From Pseudomonadota bacterium (lineage in GTDB: Bacteria > Pseudomonadota > Gammaproteobacteria > SURF-13): a DNA stretch of 64,000 nucleotides. The notes beneath the pieces are model-generated. The model had not been told where the DNA came from, ran no database searches, and saw only the letters and a list, made by a program, of their open reading frames with translations. The stretch spans positions 442 to 64,441 of the forward strand of contig JAQBXX010000004.1 of the NCBI GenBank assembly GCA_027624315.1, written 5' to 3'. The position numbers were made by a program, and so were the translations under genes. The stretch's first letter is position 1, and every line of letters begins with the position of its first letter. Of this stretch, positions 49,304 to 58,243 are shown piece by piece.

Positions 49304-51652
49304 TCAACTTGCTTCAGCAGGCTGTTCCGGCATCTCATACGGTTCGGCGTAGCCGCATTCTTTCTGCGGGCACACCTTTTCCGTGCCGCGGCGCTTGGTG
49401 GTTTTGATGGTGAGGAGGGGCCACTGGCACTTGGGGCAGGGTTCGACGATGGGCTCGTTCCACACCGCGTAGGTGCATTTTGGGTACGTCGCGCAGGAAT
49501 AAAAAATCTTGCCGTAGCGCGATTTGCGTTTTAACAGATTCCCCGCGTGACACAGCGGGCATTCGACGCCGGTGTCAGCGGGTTTTTCCAGCGGCTCGAT
49601 GTGCTTGCAGTTGGGATAATTGCTGCAGCCGATGAACTTGCCGTAGCGGCCGCGCTTGATGATGAGCTGGCTCTGGCACTCCGGGCAGTTGCGGCCTTCC
49701 ACCACTTCCGGCACGGCGTCAGGGGCATCGTCGAGGTTGCGCGTGTAGTCGCAGTCGGGATAGGCGGTGCAGCCGATGAACTTCCCGCGCCGGCCCAGGC
49801 GGATGGAGAGCGGTTTGCTGCACTTGGGGCAGGCCTCGTCCATGGCCTCCTGCGTGACGTCCTTGCGCAGCACGGTTTCGTCTTTGGTGGTGACCTGTTT
49901 GTGGAACGGTTTCCAGAATTTCTCCATTACCGGCGCCCATTCCTTTTCACCGCGCGCGATGGCGTCGAGCTCGTCCTCAAGCTTGGCGGTAAAGTCGTAA
50001 TCGACGTATTGGGTGAAGTGCTGGGTGAGGAATCTGCTCACCACGCTCCCGACATCGGTGGGGGTGAAGCGGTGTTTTTCGAGCGTGACATACTCGCGCG
50101 CGACCAGCGTGGAGATGATGTTCGCGTAGGTGGAGGGGCGGCCGATGCCGTACTCTTCCAGGGTTTTGACCAGACTCGCCTCGGTGTAACGCGGCGGCGG
50201 CTCGGTGAAGTGCTGTTCGCTGCGGATGGCGAGCAGCGTGACGGTTTCGCCTTCCTTGAGCGGCGGCAGTATGCGCTCGTCGTCTTCCGCTTTGGTGTCG
50301 TCGCTGCCTTCCTGGTACACCGCCATGAAGCCGGGGTCGACGACCGTGGAGCCGTTGGCGCGGAACAGGTGGGTCTCTGCGGTCGCTCCCGGCGTCCTGC
50401 CTCCCGCGACACTAGTACGTCCCTGTACGTCGCCTGCCGCGAGATCGACGCCTACCGTGTCGATGGTGGCGTGTATCATCTGGCAGGCGACGGTGCGTTT
50501 CCAGATCAGTTGATAGAGCTTGATCTGGTCGGGGGAAAGGTGGGCCTTGATGGCTTCCGGCGTGCGCTCGACCGAGGTCGGGCGGATGGCCTCGTGCGCC
50601 TCCTGCGCGTTTTTCGCGCGTGTCTTGTACACCTGCGGCTGTTTGGGCAGGTTGTGTTCGCCGTAACGCTGCGCGATGAAGGCGCGGATTTCGGCAATGG
50701 CCTCCTGCGCAAGATTCACCGAATCGGTACGCATGTAACTGATGAGGCCGACCGCGCCTTCACCGGTGTCCATGCCTTCGTAGAGTTGTTGCGCGGTGCG
50801 CATGGTGCGTTGCGCGCCGAAGCCGAGCTTGCGCGCCGCTTCCTGTTGCAGCGTGGAGGTGGTGAACGGCGCGGCGGGATTGAGTTTTCGGCTTTTCTTT
50901 TCCACCTTGACCACGGTGAGTTTGCCTGCGGCCGCTTTTTCCAGCGCCTTCTGCGCCGCATGCGCGGCAGCGGTGTCGGTGATGCTGAACTGTTCCTGCT
51001 TATTGCCCTGATACACGTTGAGTCTGGCGCTGAAGGCATGCTTGTCTTTGGCGAGATCGGCCTCGATGCTCCAGTATTCGCGCGCCACGAATTTTTCGAT
51101 TTCTTCCTCGCGCTCCACGATCATGCGCAGCGCCGGGCTCTGCACGCGGCCGGCGGAGAGTCCGCGCCGGATTTTGGTCCACAACAGCGGCGAGAGATTG
51201 AAGCCCACCAGATAATCGAGTGCGCGCCGCGCCTGCTGTGCGTTGATGAGCTCCATCGACAGCTCGCGCGGGTGCTGCACCGCCTCGTTTACCGCGCGGT
51301 TGGTAATTTCGTGGAACACCACGCGCTGCACCAGCTTGCCCTTGAGCGCTTTGCGTTCCTTGAGAATTTCGTACAGGTGCCAGGAGATGGCCTCGCCCTC
51401 GCGGTCAGGGTCGGTGGCGAGGTAGAGCGTGTCGGCCTTCTTCATCGCCTTGGCGATGGCGTCCACGTGTTTTTCGTTTTTCTCGATGAGCTGATACTTC
51501 ATGGCGAAGCCGTGCGCCGTGTCCACTGCGCCCTCCTTGGGCAGCAGGTCGCGCACGTGACCGTACGAGGCCAGCACCTCGAAGTCCTTGCCGAGGTACT
51601 TCTTGATGGTCTTGGCCTTGGCCGGCGACTCAACGACGATGAGATGTTTCAT
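49304..51652 (-). CDS. topA: DNA topoisomerase I with zinc-ribbon tail and an in-frame insertion
   Basis: VESPAKAKTI, ATDPDREGEAI, SAGRVQS, ISYMRTDS, C4 zinc ribbons. Confidence 0.97.
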   Translation of the reverse strand: MKHLIVVESPAKAKTIKKYLGKDFEVLASYGHVRDLLPKEGAVDTAHGFAMKYQLIEKNEKHVDAIAKAMKKADTLYLATDPDREGEAISWHLYEILKERKALKGKLVQRVVFHEITNRAVNEAVQHPRELSMELINAQQARRALDYLVGFNLSPLLWTKIRRGLSAGRVQSPALRMIVEREEEIEKFVAREYWSIEADLAKDKHAFSARLNVYQGNKQEQFSITDTAAAHAAQKALEKAAAGKLTVVKVEKKSRKLNPAAPFTTSTLQQEAARKLGFGAQRTMRTAQQLYEGMDTGEGAVGLISYMRTDSVNLAQEAIAEIRAFIAQRYGEHNLPKQPQVYKTRAKNAQEAHEAIRPTSVERTPEAIKAHLSPDQIKLYQLIWKRTVACQMIHATIDTVGVDLAAGDVQGRTSVAGGRTPGATAETHLFRANGSTVVDPGFMAVYQEGSDDTKAEDDERILPPLKEGETVTLLAIRSEQHFTEPPPRYTEASLVKTLEEYGIGRPSTYANIISTLVAREYVTLEKHRFTPTDVGSVVSRFLTQHFTQYVDYDFTAKLEDELDAIARGEKEWAPVMEKFWKPFHKQVTTKDETVLRKDVTQEAMDEACPKCSKPLSIRLGRRGKFIGCTAYPDCDYTRNLDDAPDAVPEVVEGRNCPECQSQLIIKRGRYGKFIGCSNYPNCKHIEPLEKPADTGVECPLCHAGNLLKRKSRYGKIFYSCATYPKCTYAVWNEPIVEPCPKCQWPLLTIKTTKRRGTEKVCPQKECGYAEPYEMPEQPAEAS
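50381..50428 (-). repeat. 48-bp GGA-loop module inside topA
   Basis: GTACAGGGACGTACTAGTGTCGCGGGAGGCAGGACGCCGGGAGCGACC; matches 3807-3854. Confidence 0.85.
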
Positions 51653-51658
51653 ATCAAT

Positions 51659-51861
51659 ACAGTGGCTAGTGGCGAGTAGCTAGTGGCGAGAAAAGGAATG
51701 GATACCTCGTCACCGCCTTTATTAAAGCAAAGCCCGCTGGACGCGGGCTTAAAAGTTTTTGAAGCAACTTTAAGTGCTGCTTAATTTCCATAATTGATAA
51801 AATATCTACACATGTTTATTCGTAAGTTTTGCGTTGCTAGCCACTCGCTACTAGCTACTGT
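51659..51861. repeat. Heptamer inverted-array element with an about 146-bp AT-rich loop
   Basis: ACAGTGGCTAGTGGCGAGTAGCTAGTGGCGAG ... CTAGCCACTCGCTACTAGCTACTGT. Confidence 0.85.
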
Positions 51862-51863
51862 CT

Positions 51864-52343
51864 TTAATGCAGATTCCCCGCCGTTTCGTCGAACACGATG
51901 TTCTTCATCCACGCAAACGCCGCTTCCTGGCCGGGGCGGTTGAACAGCACCATGAGCACGACCCATTTCAATTCTTCCAGGCTGATCTCTTCCGCGCCCA
52001 GGGCCATGACGCGATCGATGACGAGCTCGCGCGCAATCGGATCGAGCACGCCGCTGTGCTGCAGGAATTGCAGGTAGCCGCAACCCGCCACGTCGAGTTT
52101 GGCGATCTCCTGGTCGGTGAAGATGCGCAGCGACGGATTGACCTGTGTGGCATACGGCACGGGCTGATCCTGCAGCAACGCCAGCCCTTCGAGCCAGTCG
52201 AGGGCCTTGTCGATCTCGGTGTGCGGGAAACCGGCCTCCATCAGCTCGAGCTTGAGTGATTCCTGGTCCGGATTGACGTCGACTTCCTCGTCCATATAGC
52301 TTTCGAAGAGATACATCAGCACATCCAGTACGTTTTCCTTCAT
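51864..52343 (-). CDS. smg: Smg/DUF494 protein
   Basis: MKENVLDVLMYLFE, AGF, ELVIDRVMAL, LKWVVLMVLF. Confidence 0.92.
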   Translation of the reverse strand: MKENVLDVLMYLFESYMDEEVDVNPDQESLKLELMEAGFPHTEIDKALDWLEGLALLQDQPVPYATQVNPSLRIFTDQEIAKLDVAGCGYLQFLQHSGVLDPIARELVIDRVMALGAEEISLEELKWVVLMVLFNRPGQEAAFAWMKNIVFDETAGNLH

Positions 52344-53476
52344 GTCATCTCCTTCATGCCAACCCGGATGTAGCGCCCACCCGCGGACGATGTCACGTAC
52401 CCCTGCAGCTCCAAGGTCAAGAGAATGGAGGAAACCACCTCCGGCGTCAACCCGCTGCGCCTGATTAGTGTATCGACCGCTGCGGGCTCGAAGCTTAGGC
52501 AGTCGAGCAAGACTTTTTGTTCGACCGTGAGATGCACTGGTTCGTTCCCTGCCGCAGCCGCAACGCCAGATTTGCCCGCCGCCAGCGCGGCGGATGCCCC
52601 GGCCAGCGGGCCCAGCTCTTCCATGACGTCCTGCGCCGTTTCGACCAGTTTGGCGCCTTGCCGCAGCAGGGCGTGACAGCCGCGCGCGAGCGGGTTGTGG
52701 ATCGAGCCGGGGATGGCGAACACCTCGCGCCCCTGTTCGGTGGCGAGCCGCGCGGTGATGAGCGAGCCGCTGCTGGCCGCTGCCTCCACGACCAGCGTGC
52801 CGAGGCTGAGGCCGCTGATGATGCGGTTACGGCGCGGGAAGTGATCGGGCAGCGGCGGCGTGCCCAGCGGCAGTTCGGAGACCAGTGCGCCGTGTTCCGC
52901 GATTTCATGCGCCAGTGCGCGATGGCGTGCGGGGTAGACGCGGTCGAGCCCGGTGCCCGCGACAGCGACGGTGAAGCCGCCGCTTTCGAGTGCGCCACGG
53001 TGGCTGGCGGCGTCGATGCCGAGCGCGAGCCCGCTGGTGATGACCAGCCCGGCCTGGGCGAGGTGGCGGGCAAAGGCGTGAGCGGTTTCGGCCCCGCCGG
53101 CGGTGGGGTTGCGGCTGCCGACGATGGCGAGCTGGGGGTGCGCCAGCAGCGCCGGATCGCCGTGTACGAACAGCACCGGCGGCGGGTCGGCAATCTCGCG
53201 CAACAGCGCCGGGTAGTCCGGGCTGTGCAGCGTGAGGGCATGGTGCTGCGGCTGATCCAGCCAAGCGAGGTCGCGCTCCACCGAGTCCCAGTCGGGCTGG
53301 GCGAGGTAGTCCAGCGTGGCGCGTGCGAGCCCCAGCTTGGCGCGCTGTGCGGTGCTGGCCTCAAACAGCGTGCGCGGTGCGGGGAGGTGGTGCAGCACAT
53401 CGCGGAAGGTGGCCGGCCCGATGCCCGGTGCGCGCAGCAGGGCCAGCCAGTAGGCGATGTCGCGGCGGTCAGTCAA
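52340..53476 (-). CDS. dprA: DNA-processing protein DprA
   Basis: AIVGSR, SGLALGID, FPRRNRIISG, GSLITA. Confidence 0.96.
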   Translation of the reverse strand: MTDRRDIAYWLALLRAPGIGPATFRDVLHHLPAPRTLFEASTAQRAKLGLARATLDYLAQPDWDSVERDLAWLDQPQHHALTLHSPDYPALLREIADPPPVLFVHGDPALLAHPQLAIVGSRNPTAGGAETAHAFARHLAQAGLVITSGLALGIDAASHRGALESGGFTVAVAGTGLDRVYPARHRALAHEIAEHGALVSELPLGTPPLPDHFPRRNRIISGLSLGTLVVEAAASSGSLITARLATEQGREVFAIPGSIHNPLARGCHALLRQGAKLVETAQDVMEELGPLAGASAALAAGKSGVAAAAGNEPVHLTVEQKVLLDCLSFEPAAVDTLIRRSGLTPEVVSSILLTLELQGYVTSSAGGRYIRVGMKEMT

Positions 53477-53477
53477 T

Positions 53478-54599
53478 TTAAGGATTTTTCACCATATCGT
53501 AGCGGTGCATCGGCCCCTTCGCCTGCATCACCAGGGCATAGCTCACGCGCTCGAAAGTGCGGAATACCATCACCGTGCCGACACGTTCGTCGGGCAGCTT
53601 GGTGCTGTCACCGCGCGTCTTGCTGTAGGGGTCGCTCATTTGTTTGCCGGTCTGATAGACGGCAAGCATGTGGCCGGTTTCGATGCCCTGCTGGGTGCCG
53701 ATATTGAGCACGACGATGTTGCCCTGGCCAATGCGCGATACGCCGTTGACCACCGCAATGATGCGGCCTGAGACGTCCGCCGCCGGGGCGTGCGGCTGGT
53801 AGGCCTGCTCCAGTTCCTGCTCAACGCTCGGCAGCAGGCGGTCGCCGCTGCGCACCTCGCTGTTGGAGCGGACGATGCCGAACGTGGCTGGGTCGCCGGC
53901 CTGCTCCAGTTTGGCGTCGCCCACGTAAATGGCTTCGTAGCCGAGGATGTCCGCGTCCGAGGTGGAGGCCGTTTCCGAAGACGCGTTGTGGTAGGCGTCA
54001 CCCAGGCGATAAATCATGAAGCGCGGAATGTCGGATTGCGTGATGCCGCGCACATAGACTCTGTCGCCGGCAGCGGCCATGACATGTTCGTCGGCGGCCG
54101 CCACGATGTAGGGCGCGCCGGTCATTTCCTCCTTGCGCACCACGCGCGGCTGGGTGAGGAACTGGCGTATGCTTTCCACCGGTATCGTGGGTATGGCGCG
54201 GGCGATGCCGCTGCTGCGCACCTCGGGTGAGAGTTTGACGGTAGAACCGCGCGCGCCGGCTTGGGTCTCGCCGCTGGCCGAGCCGCGCTCCACGTGCAGT
54301 TCCGGTGTGCCGTGGTTATAGCGCAGTACGATCACGTCGCCCGGATAAATCAGGTCCGGATTTTTGATTGCGGGGTTGGCCTTCCATACCTCGTGCCAGC
54401 GCCACGGGTCGCGCAGAAAGCGGCCCGCCACGCCCCACAGGGTGTCGTGCGGTACCACCGTATAGCGCTGCGGCGGATTCGCATTGAGCGCGACATCATC
54501 CGCCGCTGCATGGATGGAAATGAGCGCAAGCCACACGCTGAAGACATACGCCGCGCCGCGTAACATACGATTCGCTTGCATCCGCATGGAGTCTCCCAT
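53478..54599 (-). CDS. LysM-domain protein
   Basis: YTVVPHDTLWGVA, NPDLIYPGD; def-LysM-dprA synteny. Confidence 0.9.
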   Translation of the reverse strand: MGDSMRMQANRMLRGAAYVFSVWLALISIHAAADDVALNANPPQRYTVVPHDTLWGVAGRFLRDPWRWHEVWKANPAIKNPDLIYPGDVIVLRYNHGTPELHVERGSASGETQAGARGSTVKLSPEVRSSGIARAIPTIPVESIRQFLTQPRVVRKEEMTGAPYIVAAADEHVMAAAGDRVYVRGITQSDIPRFMIYRLGDAYHNASSETASTSDADILGYEAIYVGDAKLEQAGDPATFGIVRSNSEVRSGDRLLPSVEQELEQAYQPHAPAADVSGRIIAVVNGVSRIGQGNIVVLNIGTQQGIETGHMLAVYQTGKQMSDPYSKTRGDSTKLPDERVGTVMVFRTFERVSYALVMQAKGPMHRYDMVKNP

Positions 54600-54737
54600 T
54601 AGTTCAGCCCCGCTGAAACAGCCCGTCGGTGGCGGATAGCGCCTGCCATCCGTTATAATGTCATGTCAAAATCGTCGCGGTTCGACTCTACCTTGAGCGC
54701 CGACGTTTGCCAAATCAAGCCGCCCGCCTGCTGAGGC

Positions 54738-55246
54738 ATGGATGTTATGGCCTTACTTAATATACTGCATTTTCCCGACCCGCGCCTGCGCAACAAGGCG
54801 CTGCCGGTAGCCCAGGTCGATGATGCCGTCCGCACACTGGTGGATGACATGCTGGAGACGATGTACGACGCTCCGGGTATCGGTCTCGCAGCGACGCAGG
54901 TCAATGTGGCAAAGCGCGTGGTGGTGATGGATCTCTCGCTCGAAAAAAACGCACCGTTGTGTCTCATCAACCCGGAAATCGTGAGCCGCAGCGGAACGGA
55001 GGAAATGGAAGAGGGCTGCCTCTCGGTGCCGGGCGTGTATGAGACGGTGCAGCGCGCCGAGCGCGTCACGGTGCGCGCGCTGGATCGTGACGGCAAACCG
55101 TTCGAGCTCGACAGCGACGGCCTGCTCGCGGTGTGCATCCAGCACGAGATCGACCACCTGGAGGGCAAGCTGTTTGTGGACTATCTCTCGGAACTGAAGC
55201 GCACCCGCGTGCGCAAGCGCATGGAGAAGGTGCGGCAGCACACCTT

Positions 55247-55250
<4 letters not shown>
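54738..55250 (+). CDS. def: Peptide deformylase
   Basis: [19 protein letters not shown]. Confidence 0.97.
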
Positions 55251-56200
<950 letters not shown>

Positions 56201-56207
56201 CGGCGCA

Positions 56208-57524
56208 ATGACGGCCAATACCCGGACGGTGGTGGCGTACACGCTGGTGCAGGTGCTGGAGCAGCGCAAATCGCTGAGCGAGGTGCTCGCGCCGCAATTG
56301 GCGCACATCTCCGCCCCGCGCGAACGCAGCCTCGCGCAGGAGATCTGCTACGGCGTGCTGCGCTGGCACCTGCGGCTGGAGGCCGTGCTGGGGCGCCTGT
56401 TGCGTGCGCCGTTCAAGGAGCGGGACAAGGACATCCATTGCCTGCTGCTCGCCGGTCTGTACCAGCTGATCTATCTGCGCCTGCCCGCGCATGCCGCGGT
56501 GGACGCCACGGTGGAGGCCACGCTCGCGCTCGACAAGGGCTGGGCCAGGGGCGTGGTGAATGCGGTGCTGCGCCATTATCTGCGCGACAGTGAGCGCCTG
56601 CTGGCGGCGGCGGATGCAGACGAGTGCGCGCGCCTCGCGCATCCCACCTGGCTGCTGGAGCTGCTCAAGCAGGCGTGGCCCCACGGCCATAATCTCCCAT
56701 CGTGGCAGGCCATCGCCGCGGCCAATAACGAACGTGCGCCGATGTGCCTGCGCGTGAACATGCGGCGCACCACGCGCGCGGAGTATCTGGCACAGTTGCA
56801 GGCCTCCGGTATCGCCGCGCACGCTACCTTATATAGCCCGCAAGGCGTGACGCTGGAGAAGCCGGCGGGCGTCGAAGGCCTGCCCGGTTTTGCCGCAGGC
56901 GAGATGTCCGTGCAGGACGAGGGCGCGCAGCTTGCTGCCGGCCTGCTTGCGGCCGAGCCCGGCGAGCGCGTGCTGGATGCCTGTAGTGCGCCGGGCGGCA
57001 AGGCCTGCCATATCCTCGAAACCACGCCCGCTCTGCTAGAATTGGTGGCGCTCGACAATTCCGCTGCGCGCCTCGCGCGCGTGCAGGAAAATCTCGATCG
57101 TCTGGGGCTGGCTGCTACGCTGGTGGAGGGCGATGCCGGCGCGCCGCAGACCTGGTGGGACGGCCGGCCGTTTGACCGCATCCTGCTCGATGCACCGTGT
57201 TCGGGCACCGGCGTGATCCGCCGCCACCCCGACATCAAGTGGCTGCGCCGGGCCACGGATATCGCCGCGGCGGCACAGGCACAGCAGCGCTTGTTGCGCG
57301 CACTGTGGCCGTTGCTGAAACCGGGCGGTGTGCTGCTGTATGCAGTCTGTTCGGTGCTGCCGCAGGAGGGCGAACATCAGGTGCGCGACTTTATGGCAGG
57401 ACAGCCGAATGCGCGCGCCGAGCCGCTCGCGCTGCCCGCAGACGCAGAAGGCGGTACTATCCTCACCGGCAGTCACGGGATGGATGGGTTTCATTATGCG
57501 CGCTTACGCAAAGGGTACCTCTAA
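56208..57524 (+). CDS. rsmB: 16S rRNA m5C967 methyltransferase
   Basis: NusB-like N-terminus, VQDEGAQ, DACSAPGGK, DAPCSGTG. Confidence 0.95.
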   Translation: MTANTRTVVAYTLVQVLEQRKSLSEVLAPQLAHISAPRERSLAQEICYGVLRWHLRLEAVLGRLLRAPFKERDKDIHCLLLAGLYQLIYLRLPAHAAVDATVEATLALDKGWARGVVNAVLRHYLRDSERLLAAADADECARLAHPTWLLELLKQAWPHGHNLPSWQAIAAANNERAPMCLRVNMRRTTRAEYLAQLQASGIAAHATLYSPQGVTLEKPAGVEGLPGFAAGEMSVQDEGAQLAAGLLAAEPGERVLDACSAPGGKACHILETTPALLELVALDNSAARLARVQENLDRLGLAATLVEGDAGAPQTWWDGRPFDRILLDAPCSGTGVIRRHPDIKWLRRATDIAAAAQAQQRLLRALWPLLKPGGVLLYAVCSVLPQEGEHQVRDFMAGQPNARAEPLALPADAEGGTILTGSHGMDGFHYARLRKGYL

Positions 57525-57654
57525 AAATGCGTCTTTTGCTCCAATACTGCGTTGCAGCTTGTCTCCGCTGCTCACATACTAACTCGTATGCTGCGCTGCT
57601 CGACGGCGCTGCGCCTTGTCTTGAAGCAAAATCCATCATTTTTAGAGGTACCCT
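57512..57654. mobile_element. MITE family A, copy 4
   Basis: AGGGTACCTCTAAAAATG ... CATTTTTAGAGGTACCCT; contains the rsmB stop. Confidence 0.87.
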
Positions 57655-58243
57655 AAACTCTAGCCGGCAGCACGTCTGGCTGGCAGTAGTGACCGGCCTG
57701 TGGCTGGGCATCTCCGCGCCTGCAGCGCAGGCCGAGCCCAATCGCCCCGACATTGGCAAGCTCAGCGTGCAGGGCGGTGCGGTGCGACTGGTGGATGAGG
57801 TTTACGTGCTGGATGCGCAGATCGACTACCAGTTCAGCGTGTCGGTGCTGGAGGCGCTCGAAAACGGCGTACCGCTGGTCATCGAGTTGCAGATCGAGGT
57901 GGCGCGCCACCGCACGTGGTTGTGGAATGAGCAGAAGACAAGTCTCGCCCAGCGTTACCAGTTGAGCTATCACGCGCTCACCGAACAGTATCTGGTGAAA
58001 AACCTGAACAGTGCCGTGCAGCAGAACCTGCCGAGCGCCGAGGCCGCAATTGATGTGCTCGGCCGGGTGACGGACCTGCCGCTGCTCGACAAGCGGCTGC
58101 TCGCCGCCGGCGAAAATTATACGGTGCGGCTGCGCGTACGGCTCGACCTCGACGCGCTGCCGACGCCGCTGCGGCTGCCGGCCTATTTCTCACCGCAGTG
58201 GCGCCTTACCAGCGAGTGGTACACATGGCCATTACAGCCCTGA
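57527..58243 (+). CDS. DUF4390-family protein (start uncertain; the first in-frame ATG after the rsmB stop lies in the MITE)
   Basis: EALENGVPL, RYQLSYHALT, DLDALPTPL; rsmB-DUF4390-ntrY synteny. Confidence 0.8.
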   Translation: MRLLLQYCVAACLRCSHTNSYAALLDGAAPCLEAKSIIFRGTLNSSRQHVWLAVVTGLWLGISAPAAQAEPNRPDIGKLSVQGGAVRLVDEVYVLDAQIDYQFSVSVLEALENGVPLVIELQIEVARHRTWLWNEQKTSLAQRYQLSYHALTEQYLVKNLNSAVQQNLPSAEAAIDVLGRVTDLPLLDKRLLAAGENYTVRLRVRLDLDALPTPLRLPAYFSPQWRLTSEWYTWPLQP

